The notes beneath the pieces are model-generated. The model made no database searches and had not been told where the DNA came from. It saw nothing but the letters and a program-made list of their open reading frames with translations. DNA of 64,000 nucleotides from Spirochaetota bacterium (GTDB lineage Bacteria > Spirochaetota > UBA4802 > UBA5550), in contig JBGSQT010000005.1 of assembly GCA_041737965.1 (NCBI GenBank), positions 30,272 to 94,271 on the forward strand. The letters are read 5' to 3'. Position 1 is the stretch's first letter; every line of letters starts with the position of its first letter. Shown here piece by piece: positions 1 to 11,200 of this stretch. The position numbers were made by a program, and so were the translations under genes.

Positions 1-382
1 GCGGCGTTGCTTCGGAGGCGGCATGAAGAAATCGCGCGATCTCTTCCTCTGAGTACATGGTCCGTGTTCTGAGAAACGCTTTGGGCACGCCGCCGCATCC
101 GAAAAATACGGCGTCCTTCAGGGTGCGGGATCGGGCGTGCACCGTGTATCCTTTTGTCTCGAGCAGGGAAATCACCCCGCGGCCGTCCCAGTTGCCGTGG
201 ACCGCGATGATGGTTTTGTTGAATTCCTCAAGCGCCGCGAAAACCGATTCCGCGTCGCTGATCGCCCCCCGCCTGCTGATATCGCCGGCGATCACCACTG
301 CGTCCGCCTCGCTTAAAAGCGTCCCGGCCCTTTTGATGGGCGCGAGCGCGCCGTGTATGTCGGCGATAACGAGAATATTCAT
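1..382 (-). CDS. metallophosphoesterase (calcineurin-like, YfcE-type); C-terminus lies beyond the left window edge
   Basis: Absent from the ORF track because it is truncated by the window edge. Hand translation of the minus strand from ATG at 382-380 gives MNILVIADIHGALAPIKRAGTLLSEADAVVIAGDISRRG...IIAVHGNWDGRG, which contains the DxH / GD / GNW(H) metal-ligand motifs of metallophosphoesterases. Confidence 0.7.
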   Translation of the reverse strand, partial: MNILVIADIHGALAPIKRAGTLLSEADAVVIAGDISRRGAISDAESVFAALEEFNKTIIAVHGNWDGRGVISLLETKGYTVHARSRTLKDAVFFGCGGVPKAFLRTRTMYSEEEIARFLHAASEATP

Positions 383-458
383 CGGCCCCTCCCGAGTGCG
401 CGGTTGATAACGTATTACCGGGTGCGGGGCGCTTTTTCTCAATTGTTTTTTTGTTGCA

Positions 459-947
459 ATGGCCATTTATTATGATCCACTGAATTCATATTCGGGGAAG
501 GAGAAGGTGATGGAGGAACCGAAACGGTGTGTTTTCTGCGAAATGATCGCAGGCCGGGAAAAGGCCCATGTGGTGTATGAGGATGACAGGACCATGGCAA
601 TTCTGGACATCAATCCGTGGACCCGGGGGCACACGCTGGTCATTCCGAAACGGCACGTGCCCTGGTGGCACCAGCTGGAGGATGACGAATCCGCCGCCCT
701 CTTTCAAGCGGCGAAAACCGTATCGAACAGGATCATGCGGACCTTTTCGCCCGATTTCGTGTTTCTCTATGCCAGGGGAAGAAGGATCCCGCACACGCAC
801 ATTTTTCTGGTCCCCTCTTACGGGGGCGATTTTCTGGATAGGATATTCAGCGCGCTCGAACTCATGCAGGAGACTCCGCAGGATTTGGCGAAACTCAAGG
901 ACGGGCCCTCCCTGGAGGAGGCTGCGGGGCTGCTCCGGACTCCGTAA
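459..947 (+). CDS. HIT (histidine triad) family protein
   Basis: CVFCEMIAGRE...AILDINPWTRGHTLVIPKRH plus PHTHIFLVP (histidine-triad region; the first His of the triad is not conserved). The conserved part begins near the Met at 510, so the true start may be 510. Confidence 0.85.
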   Translation: MAIYYDPLNSYSGKEKVMEEPKRCVFCEMIAGREKAHVVYEDDRTMAILDINPWTRGHTLVIPKRHVPWWHQLEDDESAALFQAAKTVSNRIMRTFSPDFVFLYARGRRIPHTHIFLVPSYGGDFLDRIFSALELMQETPQDLAKLKDGPSLEEAAGLLRTP

Positions 948-1105
948 AAAAACATGCGGGACCGATGAAAATATTTGACACGCCCGCTTTCAGGCGCGTA
1001 ATATCTCCGCACCCCGCGCATAACAGACGGGCCCGCCGCGGCAACGCGGGTTCCCGCATGACCGTGCGGGACAGGATATAGAGATAAGAAGGCCGGTAAC
1101 AGCGA

Positions 1106-1903
1106 ATGGTGAAACTCTTTGGTCAAAAAAAGGAGATGTCGCGGCTGAAAAAAAAGCTGCTGCTCTACTTTTTATTGATCGCCATTGTGTCGATATCGGT
1201 CAGCGCCGAAATCATTCTGGAGCTCAGCTCCTCGCGTTTCACCGGTGACATTGAGAGGAACCTGTATCAGACCCTCGAAAAAAACCTTACACCTGATTCG
1301 ATGTCGCGCATCAGGGGGGTGCTCGACCGGGAACCCATCCTCATGCCACTCTATGATCTCAGGAACAGGATGATCCTCCTTCTGCTGGTGGTGTCCGCCT
1401 GCATCATCGCCGCGTTTTTCATGTTTACAAGAGACATCGTGTCCCCGATGGACGGAATGGTGGAGGCCACGAAGAGAATCGCCGACGGCGACCTCACCAT
1501 TACGGTGCCTGTTCTCTCGCAGGACGAGATTGGGCAGATCGGGGGCCTGATCAACAACATGAACACCAATCTTCAGGACATGGTGATGCAGATTCGCGAG
1601 GAGATCAACCGGTACATTCAGCAGATCATCAAGGCCTCATACAAACTGAATGAAATAATCAACGACAGCGGGTCCGGGGAGATTCTGGCCAGTAAAAGGA
1701 TGAGAATGACCGACTACAAAAAGATGATCGGCTTCAGCAGGGACGTGGTGAAGATGCTGGAAAACATGAGCGAGGAACTGTACTCGCTCCAGAAATTCGT
1801 GAACATGTACAAGACCTTCCAGAGCCATGCAGAGGTGACCGAAGAGGAGATACAGCAGGCCCTTCAGGAGTTGAGCGACAACAAGCAAGGCGGTCCCGCA
1901 TGA
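1106..1903 (+). CDS. membrane protein with HAMP domain and coiled-coil tail, no recognisable output domain
   Basis: Two hydrophobic helices (LLLYFLLIAIVSISV; MILLLLVVSACIIAAFFMF) are followed by a HAMP-like segment, DIVSPMDGMVEATKRIADGDLTITVPVLSQDEIGQIGGLINNMNTNL. The stop overlaps the next start (ATGA at 1900-1903). Confidence 0.8.
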   Translation: MVKLFGQKKEMSRLKKKLLLYFLLIAIVSISVSAEIILELSSSRFTGDIERNLYQTLEKNLTPDSMSRIRGVLDREPILMPLYDLRNRMILLLLVVSACIIAAFFMFTRDIVSPMDGMVEATKRIADGDLTITVPVLSQDEIGQIGGLINNMNTNLQDMVMQIREEINRYIQQIIKASYKLNEIINDSGSGEILASKRMRMTDYKKMIGFSRDVVKMLENMSEELYSLQKFVNMYKTFQSHAEVTEEEIQQALQELSDNKQGGPA

Positions 1904-2673
1904 GCTTTGAATACTGGTACATGTTCCCGATCGCGATCGTTATCGCCATCATTGCGAACTCCTCCGGGTTTTCCGGCGGCGTGCTGTTCCAGCCGATATA
2001 CAATCTTTTTCTGAACATACCGATACAGAACGCGGTGGCCACCGGGATAGCGACGGAGACGGTGGGTATGACAAGCGGGGCCCTCCGGTATCTATGGTAC
2101 AGGATGGTGGAGCTTCCCATCGGATTTACCATGATCATGCTCACTATTCCCGGGGTGGTGCTGGGGAACCACGCCCTCATGGTGATCAACGGCGATCTGC
2201 TGAAACTGATTTTGGGAGTGATTATCATCGGAATCGCCACACTGCAGCTGGTGAGCGCGGCCAGGAGTTTTTTCGGCACCAGGGAGAACGTGCCCATTGA
2301 GGACATATACGGGTTTATGTGGATACCGCCCATCGGGGGATTCTTTTCCGCAACCACAGGCACCGGCATCTGCGAGCTGGCGCAGCCGGTGCTCGAGCGC
2401 GGGATGAACGTGAAGCCGAAGCGCGCCAACGCCACGGCGATCCTCATCGAGGCGACCTGCGACTGGGTGATTACCATACTGAACCTCCACGCCGGCCTCA
2501 TTCAGTGGGACCTGTGGATTTTCACCGCAAGCGGCGTCATTATCGGAGGGCAGATCGGCCCCTACCTGTCCAAATACATGCCGGACCGCCTCTTGAAGGT
2601 GGTGTTTTCCCTGGGGGTCGTGGTGATCGGGGTGTTCTACATTTACAAGGGTGTCAAGTGGGTCATAGGATGA
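1900..2673 (+). CDS. TSUP (TauE/SafE, DUF81) family anion exporter-like membrane protein
   Basis: 257 aa, multi-pass hydrophobic protein. N-terminus MFPIAIVIAIIANSSGFSGGVLFQPIY is typical of TauE/SafE permeases. Translationally coupled to the upstream HAMP gene. Confidence 0.85.
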   Translation: MSFEYWYMFPIAIVIAIIANSSGFSGGVLFQPIYNLFLNIPIQNAVATGIATETVGMTSGALRYLWYRMVELPIGFTMIMLTIPGVVLGNHALMVINGDLLKLILGVIIIGIATLQLVSAARSFFGTRENVPIEDIYGFMWIPPIGGFFSATTGTGICELAQPVLERGMNVKPKRANATAILIEATCDWVITILNLHAGLIQWDLWIFTASGVIIGGQIGPYLSKYMPDRLLKVVFSLGVVVIGVFYIYKGVKWVIG

Positions 2674-2703
2674 CGCGGCTACCATCATGAAAGGGCGTGA
2701 CAA

Positions 2704-4425
2704 TTGAAGATTCTCGAATTTCTGCAAAGCACCGGCGGCCTGGCCTTTCTCCATTTCGTGCAGACAATGCTGTTCATCATGATGGTGTATATCATCGGAG
2801 CGGAGTATTTCAGGACCAGACGCCACGATCTGGTGTACAAGCTCATCGCTTCGATCTGCATCACCTTCAGCAACCTGGCCACGACGTCGGTACTGGCGAT
2901 GCAGGCATTCTACGGCGTCGTCCCCTCGCAAAAGGCGGTCCCCCTTTTCCTCAATTCGGTCTTTGCCATCATCGTGCTTGCCCTTGCCCGCGCCTTCGTG
3001 TACGACTACGTCGAGAATAAAATCAGGTTCGATCGTTACATCCGGTCAGGCATGATAGGAGTGGTTGCGGTGTACGGCGCGCTGCAGACGTACTGGATCA
3101 TTATTTTTGAGGACGGGATGCTCTTCTGGAAATCGCCTCTTGCCCTCATCTTCAGCCTTTTTTTCATATTCATGCTTCTTTTTTCAATTTATTACCTGGT
3201 CAAATACCGCCCGACCTACCGGTTGCGCCTGGTGCTCGCCTTCAGCTCAATCGTGGCGGCCCAGTTCGTGAACATGTACGGCGCGCTGTTACAGGACCTG
3301 CCGCCGGCGCTTCTCATCGTGCGCGCGGCGTCGCCCATTCTTGTCCCCACTATGTTCGGGAGCGTCGTGTTCAAGGAGCTTATCGAAAGCGTTGTCATAA
3401 TGGTGGACCACCTGAAGAGGGTTCTGGTGAGCCAGCGGGGACTCATCATTGAGCTGGCGAAAATGGGGTCGGAGCTGAAGGAGCTTTCCGACAAACTGGT
3501 TGCCACATCCAGGGAGGGATGGCAGAAACTCTCAGTCGTGGTAAGTAACATTTACGCGCAGGAAAACGACAGGAGCGACCTCCTCACGCTGTCAAGGAAC
3601 ACAACTGCCGCCATAGAGGACATACTCGACCAAAATCCGGCCGCTGGAGGTGTCGGCATCGGGCACGGTGGGGGCAGCTCCGAGAGTGCGGCAGCACCCG
3701 GGGGTTTTGCAACGCCTGCGGCGGTTGAGGAATACCGAAACGAGATCGACAGGTTGCGCCGCTCGCTTGCCGGGGCAATAGGGTCGCTCGAGGGCGCACT
3801 GAAGGTTTTTGAGGGGCTGAAAGGCTCATTTGACGACATATCATCCGCCCTCGATGAGATCGAGGACATATCCGACAAGACCACCATGCTGTCCCTGAAC
3901 GCCTCGATTGAGGCGGCACGGGCGGGCGAATACGGAAGGGGCTTTTCCGTGGTGGCCGAGGAGGTGAGCAAACTTGCTGAACGGTCCCAGGCCAATACCG
4001 CTTCGGTGGGAAAGTTCGTGGGCCGCCTGGTAAAGGAGCTGAGCGCTATCGGCGCCGATATTGGCAGGAACAGGGAGCTCCTTGCCGGAGAAATTTCGGG
4101 GCTTGAATCTCTTGACCGGACCATATCTGCCGCCCTCGCCCGGGCGGGTGAGACGAGCGGCGCAGCCGCTCGGGACGATTCCCGTGAACGCGATCGCGAT
4201 ACGCGGCTGCATCTCATGCACCAGGACATGCAGCTCACCGAGAAACTTCTGGATAAAAACCGGAAGCACGGCGAGGAGATGAAGCAATCCATCAGCAACC
4301 ATATCAGGGAAATTGAGGCCATCGCCGGACTCAGCGACACCCTGAACGGCATGGTCGGCAGCATCAACGACAAGACTGAGACGATCAAGGCGATGGCGTC
4401 AGAGCTCCAGAAAATTACCGCATAG
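2704..4425 (+). CDS. methyl-accepting chemotaxis protein with polytopic N-terminal membrane domain
   Basis: C-terminal signalling hairpin tip [38 protein letters not shown]. The N-terminal ~230 aa form about 7-8 hydrophobic helices. The track start is TTG at 2704, so the exact start is uncertain. Confidence 0.85.
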   Translation: MKILEFLQSTGGLAFLHFVQTMLFIMMVYIIGAEYFRTRRHDLVYKLIASICITFSNLATTSVLAMQAFYGVVPSQKAVPLFLNSVFAIIVLALARAFVYDYVENKIRFDRYIRSGMIGVVAVYGALQTYWIIIFEDGMLFWKSPLALIFSLFFIFMLLFSIYYLVKYRPTYRLRLVLAFSSIVAAQFVNMYGALLQDLPPALLIVRAASPILVPTMFGSVVFKELIESVVIMVDHLKRVLVSQRGLIIELAKMGSELKELSDKLVATSREGWQKLSVVVSNIYAQENDRSDLLTLSRNTTAAIEDILDQNPAAGGVGIGHGGGSSESAAAPGGFATPAAVEEYRNEIDRLRRSLAGAIGSLEGALKVFEGLKGSFDDISSALDEIEDISDKTTMLSLNASIEAARAGEYGRGFSVVAEEVSKLAERSQANTASVGKFVGRLVKELSAIGADIGRNRELLAGEISGLESLDRTISAALARAGETSGAAARDDSRERDRDTRLHLMHQDMQLTEKLLDKNRKHGEEMKQSISNHIREIEAIAGLSDTLNGMVGSINDKTETIKAMASELQKITA

Positions 4426-4472
4426 AATGCCAGGGCGAAAGCTTCACTGCGCGTCGTGAACGGCGGCCTCCG

Positions 4473-4718
4473 TTATTTCGTGGCCAGTTCGAGAGCGTAA
4501 AGATTTTTCAGCGTATCCTCGAAATTGTTTCCGCAGAGATCCACTGTTCGGGTGAATTCCCTGCAAACCGGAGGCCTCGATTCATAAATGCCGCAGCGAT
4601 TGTCATTGTCAAGATGAATGCACCGTACCCCGGCAGGCTTGCCGCTATCCGTACCGGGAATAGTTGTTGAGATAGACAGGGCGATGCAGCAGGCTCCGCA
4701 CATGCGGCACTCTAACAT
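4473..4718 (-). CDS. YkgJ-type cysteine-cluster (CxxCxxCC) protein
   Basis: 81 aa: CRMCGACCIAL...RCIHLDNDNRCGIYESRPPVCREF, the pattern of the UPF0153/YkgJ zinc/iron-chelating family. Confidence 0.75.
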   Translation of the reverse strand: MLECRMCGACCIALSISTTIPGTDSGKPAGVRCIHLDNDNRCGIYESRPPVCREFTRTVDLCGNNFEDTLKNLYALELATK

Positions 4719-4756
4719 AAAACGTTTCCCTCTCTTTTTGATCTATCCGGTCCGGG

Positions 4757-4972
4757 TCATCTTGCTCCGGCGCTCATTTGCTTCGGGGGTTTGATGTCGC
4801 TGGACAAAAGCATCGCCTCTTCAAAAAACTCATATTTTTCCATTTTAACAATTGTTATATCATCAAGAGTGAGCGAAGTATGACAGTAAGAGCAGGAAAA
4901 CCAGGTCTGCGCCTTTGTCCTGTTGTCTTTTCCGCATTTCGGACACAGTACGGTGAATATATTGTAGTGCAT
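4757..4972 (-). CDS. small zinc-ribbon protein, function unknown
   Basis: CPKCG...CSYCH zinc-ribbon pair. I prefer the internal ATG at 4972 because AGGTGA lies 5 nt upstream of it. The track ORF extends to 5047. Confidence 0.5.
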   Translation of the reverse strand: MHYNIFTVLCPKCGKDNRTKAQTWFSCSYCHTSLTLDDITIVKMEKYEFFEEAMLLSSDIKPPKQMSAGAR

Positions 4973-5159
4973 GTCAATCACCTGCCGAGTGATTAATAAT
5001 AAGTACTCCTGAAAGAGACCATACAGAAAGGAGGAGGATTGTGTCAAGAAAAATACTATACAGATGTAATGTATTACGATCTTTTATCATCATCTGCCCG
5101 TTATTGTCACTTTGGTGTTGTAATCCGCATTAATAATAAAAAAAAACGATAAATTAAAT

Positions 5160-5189
5160 TTGACAATTACGGTCATTTCTAAATAATAA
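5160..5189 (+). promoter_or_regulatory. sigma-70-like promoter of pyrB (TTGACA-18-TAATAA)
   Basis: TTGACA at 5160-5165 and TAATAA at 5184-5189, in an AT-rich tract. The -10 element ends only 9 nt before the pyrB ATG. Confidence 0.4.
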
Positions 5190-5198
5190 CTTTTCGGT

Positions 5199-6143
5199 AT
5201 GAGCACTCTTCGCAGAAAAGACCTTCTGGATATCCAATCATTATCGGTAGAAGAAATTAATCTCATCTGTCGTTCGGCCAGGTATTTCAAGGAAGTGTTC
5301 ACCCGGTCGGTCAAGAGCGTCCCGGTGCTTCGGGGAAAGACAGTATGCACCCTTTTTTACGAGCCGTCCACCAGGACCAGGATCAGTTTTGAGCTGGCGG
5401 CCAAACGCCTCTCGGCCGACCTTATCAATTTCAACGTGTCGACCTCCAGCGTCGTCAAGGGAGAGTCGCTTATAGACACGGTTCATACGATGGAGTCGAT
5501 GAAGGTCGACTATATCGTGATCCGGCATGCGGCGTCCCTGGCGCCGCATTTTTTATCCCAGAACATCAGCGCATCGGTCATAAACGCGGGTGACGGTTTT
5601 CACGCGCACCCCACCCAGGCCCTTCTGGACACCTATTCCATACTGGAGAAAAAGGAGAGCCTGGAAGGGCTCCGTATCGGGATAATCGGCGACGTCAAGC
5701 ACTCCAGAGTGGCCCGTTCCGACATCGAGGCCTTCACCAAGCTCGGGGCGAAGGTGGTCCTCTGCGGACCGCCGACCCTGGTTCCGGACGAATTCAGGAT
5801 TTACGGCGTCGACATCAGCTACAATCTCGACGAGCTACTGCCGGACCTCGACGTGATCAACCTGCTGCGCATGCAGAAAGAGCGCCAGAGCGGCTCACTG
5901 GTCCCGTCGCTCAGGGAGTACCACCGCCAGTTCGCCCTCACCATGGAGCGCCTCTGCAGATGCAAAAGCGACGTGATCATCATGCATCCCGGACCGATCA
6001 ACCGCGGCATCGAGATCGACAATTCCGTTGCGGACTCACCCAACACCATCATCAACGAGCAGGTGACCAACGGCGTGGCTGTGAGGATGGCGATTTTTTA
6101 TCTTCTCGCCGGGGGCGCGCCCCTGGACGACATGGAACAGTAG
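5199..6143 (+). CDS. pyrB: aspartate carbamoyltransferase catalytic subunit
   Basis: FYEPSTRTRISFELAAKRL, HPTQALLD and HPGPINRGIEI signature motifs; 314 aa. Confidence 0.95.
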   Translation: MSTLRRKDLLDIQSLSVEEINLICRSARYFKEVFTRSVKSVPVLRGKTVCTLFYEPSTRTRISFELAAKRLSADLINFNVSTSSVVKGESLIDTVHTMESMKVDYIVIRHAASLAPHFLSQNISASVINAGDGFHAHPTQALLDTYSILEKKESLEGLRIGIIGDVKHSRVARSDIEAFTKLGAKVVLCGPPTLVPDEFRIYGVDISYNLDELLPDLDVINLLRMQKERQSGSLVPSLREYHRQFALTMERLCRCKSDVIIMHPGPINRGIEIDNSVADSPNTIINEQVTNGVAVRMAIFYLLAGGAPLDDMEQ

Positions 6144-6169
6144 AGGAATGCCGGAGGGGCGGGTAACTA

Positions 6170-7447
6170 ATGAAGATAGTCATTAAAAACGGAAGGGTGG
6201 TTGATCCCGCCTCGAAGACCGACGGGCTTCTGGACATTCTCATTGAAGACGACAGGATCGCCGCAATCGCCGCGGACATACCGGTCGAGGATGGGGAAGG
6301 TGTCATAGACGCGGCGGGGCTTGTGGTGCTCCCCGGGTTCATCGACATGCATGTGCATTTCCGCGAGCCGGGCCGCGAGGACATCGAGACCATAATCGGC
6401 GGGTCCGAGGTGGCGGCCAAAAGCGGGTACACCTCGGTCTGCACCATGCCGAACACCACCCCGGTGATCGACAACCAGGCCCTGGTGCGTTTTATCAAAC
6501 TCGAGGCGGAAAAGGGCCCCATCAACGTGTTTCCGGTCGCGTCCATCACCAAGGGACTGAAGGGGGAGGAGATATCCGAGATGGGCGAGCTCATCAACGC
6601 GGGAGCGGTCGCCTTTTCGGACGACGGTCTCCCGGTCACCAGCTCCATCGTCATGAGGCGGGCACTGGAATACTCCCGAATGTTCGACGTGCCGCTGTTG
6701 ACGCACGCCGAGGACCTGGAGCTGTCCGAAGACGGGATCATGAACGAGGGGATAAATTCGACCCTCCTCGGATTGAAGGGGATACCTGGCGCCTCTGAAG
6801 AGGTGATGATCGCCCGTGACATACTTCTGACCGGCCTGGCTAAGGGCAAACTGCACGTCTGCCATGTCTCTACGGCAGGCTCCGTGGAGATTATCAGGCA
6901 GGCCAAGAAAAGGGGCGTCAGCGTCACCTGCGAAACGGCTCCCCACTATTTCACGCTGACCGACGACGCAGTGATACAACAGCTCTCCATGGCCAAGATG
7001 AAACCGCCCCTGAGGACGGGGAAGGACAGGCAGGCAATCGTTGAGGGGCTCCGGGACGGCACCATCGACGTGATAGCCACCGACCACGCGCCCCATTCTC
7101 AGAACGAGAAGATGCAGGAGATGGAATACGCGCCTTTCGGCATTATCGGGCTGGAGACGGCCCATCCCCTCATCATATCGGTACTCATCGGGGAGAACGG
7201 GTTCTCATACATCGAGGCTTTTGAAAAAATAACCAGCAAACCCGCCGAAATCCTGAAGCTGGAGAGGGGACGCATCCAGACAGGCCTGGTTGCGGACATA
7301 ACAATCATAGATCCGAAAAAGGAAATAACCGCTGACGAATCGTTTTTCAGGTCCAAATGCAAAAACTCCCCGTTTCTGGGCGCACGCATGCGCGGCTCCG
7401 TGGCTTACACGATATGCAACGGCAATATCGTGTATTCCGGAAAATAG
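6170..7447 (+). CDS. pyrC: dihydroorotase
   Basis: GFIDMHVHFREPG metal-binding motif and DHAPH near the C-terminus; 425 aa; immediately downstream of pyrB. Confidence 0.95.
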   Translation: MKIVIKNGRVVDPASKTDGLLDILIEDDRIAAIAADIPVEDGEGVIDAAGLVVLPGFIDMHVHFREPGREDIETIIGGSEVAAKSGYTSVCTMPNTTPVIDNQALVRFIKLEAEKGPINVFPVASITKGLKGEEISEMGELINAGAVAFSDDGLPVTSSIVMRRALEYSRMFDVPLLTHAEDLELSEDGIMNEGINSTLLGLKGIPGASEEVMIARDILLTGLAKGKLHVCHVSTAGSVEIIRQAKKRGVSVTCETAPHYFTLTDDAVIQQLSMAKMKPPLRTGKDRQAIVEGLRDGTIDVIATDHAPHSQNEKMQEMEYAPFGIIGLETAHPLIISVLIGENGFSYIEAFEKITSKPAEILKLERGRIQTGLVADITIIDPKKEITADESFFRSKCKNSPFLGARMRGSVAYTICNGNIVYSGK

Positions 7448-7583
7448 CCCTTCATGCTGCCGATCGGGCACGTCGCGATCACATTCGGATTTGCCCCTGA
7501 AAGAACCCCTGATTGACGCATAATTAATGAATTGCCCTCGCAACGGTGCTATATTATAAATACACAGTTATTCACGCAAGGGG

Positions 7584-8111
7584 GTGCCTATGCTTCATCT
7601 GATATCCGACAAACTTGTAGAGCTGGTGGAAAGCCGCGCCGATCAGATCATCAAACGATGGATGGTCAGGCTGCTTTCAGATCCGACAACGTCCTTTTTT
7701 TCCGAACACAACCAGGACCAGATCAGGAAAAAGGGCGTTTCCATCATCAAGTATCTCAGCAAATGGGTAAGCTATGACACCAGCAGGGAAGATGTAGGGC
7801 GCAATTACGCCAACGAGGGTAAGAGCCTTTTTGACATGGGCGTGCCGCTCTGCGAGGTTTCACGGGCGCTGGTGCTTCTGCGGCGCGTGCTCTGGCTTTT
7901 CGTGGTGGACGAGAGCGCCCTGGAATCGGCGTTTCAGCTCCATCAGACCAGGGAACTCAACGACAGGATCATACTCTTTTTCGACAGGGCCCAGTATTAC
8001 ATAATACGGGGATACACTGAAGCGATGCACGCGAAGATGAAAGAGCTGACCGGCATAGCAGACAGTGATGCCGGAAAAATATTTTTCGAGAACTCATTTT
8101 ACAACAAATAG
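7584..8111 (+). CDS. hypothetical cytoplasmic protein (RsbR-N / sensor-globin-like helical domain?)
   Basis: 175-aa ORF in coding-like composition. The pattern ADQIIKRWMVRLLSD...RALVLLRRVLWLFV resembles N-terminal domains of RsbR-type regulators. Family assignment is from memory only. Confidence 0.65.
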   Translation: MPMLHLISDKLVELVESRADQIIKRWMVRLLSDPTTSFFSEHNQDQIRKKGVSIIKYLSKWVSYDTSREDVGRNYANEGKSLFDMGVPLCEVSRALVLLRRVLWLFVVDESALESAFQLHQTRELNDRIILFFDRAQYYIIRGYTEAMHAKMKELTGIADSDAGKIFFENSFYNK

Positions 8112-8224
8112 CGCCGGCGGCATTTTGGCGCCGCGTCCTTTTAACGGTTTTCAAGTCATGGAGGCGACCCTGCGGGGCCGTTCCAGGGACGGTCGCGACA
8201 CAAAACGGAGATGAACGGCATCCC

Positions 8225-11200
8225 ATGGGCTCATTTTGCCTAAAAATTATCCTCCTTCTGTCCGCGGTATCGCTTGCCGGAACCGCGCTCTTTGCCGACG
8301 CGGCGGTTCCCGGCGATCCGGCCCGGCACTGGAAGGATATGAATGCGTGCATCAGAAACGGCGATGATCCCGGACTCTTCCGGCTGATCGAGCGGGCCTG
8401 TGCCGGCGAAGGGTGCGGCGTCTTTGCCGGAATGTACATGAGAGATCTTGTGCGCCTTGCGGAAATAGAAGGCCCGGAACGGTCGGAAAAGGCGCTGGAA
8501 GCTTCAATCAAATCCATGGCCGGATGCGGCGGCGGGAAAAACGCCGCTCTTCTGCAGGCGAGGCTCTCGCTTCATCTTCTTTTTGCCGCGCACTATCCGG
8601 ACAAGTCAGAAAAGGCGGCGGCGGAACTCTATACGGTGCGGGATTGGAGGATTATCGGTCCCTTCGGCAAATACGGGCCGGGGGATATTGATTATTCCTT
8701 CGGGGCGGAGCTGATCCCGGATTTTTCCCAGTATAAGAATTATAAAACCGCGGGCCCCGATCCGCACAGCGGCATTATCGACGTGGACCGCCATGTGTAT
8801 CCGCACAACGGTGTCGCCTATGCGGTGACGTCGTTCAGACGGAACGGGCCGGTCAAGATTCGGATTTATACGCTCTCCCCGTACAGGGCCTTCGTGAACG
8901 GCCGGGAGGCGGTCAGGAACACGGGTGACCGTTTCAGAAGCCTCCGGATCCTCCGTATCGGGGGGGAAAAGGGGATAACCCTTATGCTGAAGCTGTACGG
9001 CGGCGGCAGGAGATTCAGGGTCGTGGCGACGGACGACGGTGACCGGATACTCTCCCCGGATCAGGCGGGCGAGGAGATATTCCGCGATGAGGTCCCGGTT
9101 GCCGAATCCGAAGAATATCCTGCCGATGAACTGAAAAAGCAGGGGGCGGCCGCCCCTTCATGGTGCTGTGAAGCGCTTGGCGATTATTACGCCGGGATAC
9201 GTTCAACTGAGGCCGTTGAGTGGTACCGGAAATCGCTGGAAAAAAATGACGACCCCGCGGTCCGCTACAAGCTCGCCGAGGCGCTGATACTGTTGAGCGG
9301 GGAGAACAGAAGCTCGGCGAAGTACAACGAAGGGTGGAGGATCATCGACGCCCTTCGCAGCGCCGACCCCGGATTTGTCCCCGCGCTTCACCGCGGGCTG
9401 CGCCGCGATGTCGCGCTCGGGGATGTCGACGGCGCCCTGAGCGAAGGGAAAAGGATCATCGAGGCGGCCCCGGGATACATCATGGGTTACGTCGAGATGC
9501 TCCGCCTTTTTTCGGAACATGATTTAAGGAAGGAGCACTCCGATCTTTCCTCGAGGTTTAAAACCCGTTTCCCAAATTCGGTCGTGCCGCTTTTTATGGA
9601 CGCCGAATTCTGGAGCGGCCGTAACAGAAGAAAATTCCGCGAGATACACGAGAGTATCCTCGCGAAACGCTACAACCGCGGCTCCGCCCTCGCCCTGATC
9701 GGCGCCTGCATGGAAGCGGGCGAGTACGGCAGGGCCCTGGAGCTGATCGATTCGATGCCGGGTTACGGCGGCCGGGCTGAGCTGCGGCTTGACCTCTACA
9801 TGAAAAAAAAGGAGTATGCGAACGCCAGAAAACTGCTTTTCACCGAATCGATAACCCGGGACGATCCGTCACTTTACTACCGTCTCGGCCTGGTCGATTA
9901 TTTCCGGGGCATGGACCCGTCGATGTACTGGGGGAAAATGCTCCGTCTCGATCCCTCGGCGTACAGGACAGCGGATTTTCTTGACTACGCCGCAGACCCG
10001 GAAAAGATGAACCCTTTCGCGGAATTCGCCATGGATGAAGGGGAGATTTCACAGCGTGTCCGCGACAGGACAGCGGGCGACGCCCCTGCCACGGTGCTGT
10101 CGCGGCGTTTTGTGTTCCGGCTGAATGCCGACGGGACCTGCAGGGTCTTCGCTGAGGAGCTGGTGCATCTTCATGACGCGGAAAGTGTCGGGTCCTGGGG
10201 CGAATACCGGATACCCTTCAGGGGCGATTTCCATCCCGTCCACGCGAGGGTTTTCGGCCCGGACGGGGTGGTGCGCGAATCCTACAGGGTCCACAGCGTT
10301 GACGGAGACAGGTATCTGAGCCTCAACTCGGTCGCAGAGGATTCGGTCATTCATGTCGCGTACATTGTGGACAATCCCATCAGGGACCCGAGACACTCCG
10401 TTTTTTTTTCGCCCCCCCTGATGCTGTTCCAGAATTACGATGAGAAGGTGGTCAAGGCCGATTGCATAGTCATTGCCCCCAGGGACATGACGGTGCGCTT
10501 TCTGGTTTCGGGTGACCGGAAAGTTGAAATCGTCGAAAGGGACGATGTGAAACAGTACAGCGTGACCCTCCGGGACCTGCCGCCGGTAAGTGAAGAGTAC
10601 TACTCCGGGAGCGACTTCAATTGCCTTCCCTACTTCTCTTTCACCACCATGGACGACTTTTCCGATTTTACCCGATGGTACAACGGTCTTCTTTCCGGTA
10701 AAGGGGAGATAAGAAACCCTCCGGAAACCGCTCCGCTTAAGGGAGGGACTGTGGAGGAGACGATTTGCAGAACCTATGAGTATGCGGCCAGGAAAACCGG
10801 AATGCAGAACAATGTTCTCTATTATCCGGGCACGCCGGAGGACACGCTGTATATCGGAAGGGGGACACCGGAAGACAAAACGGTGCTGGCGAAATCGATC
10901 CTGGACTCTTTCGGTATCGTATCATATATCGCTTTTGTCCCCGCGAAGCACCTGCCTCAGGCGAAAATGTTCCCCTCAACCGCGGTTTTTTCACAGATAC
11001 TGCTGTACGTCCCTCTTGAAAATGACCGGGGGACATGGCTCGACTTTTCCGGCACCTATTATCCGTGCGGCATGGTGAACAGCCAGGCCGACGGCGGCAC
11101 CGCGCTGGTTCTCCTGAAAAACGGCGGGATCTGGAAAAATGTCAGGGGGTCAGAGCCCGGCGGCGTCAGCGGTGACTACAAAATCACGGTGAATGGTAAC

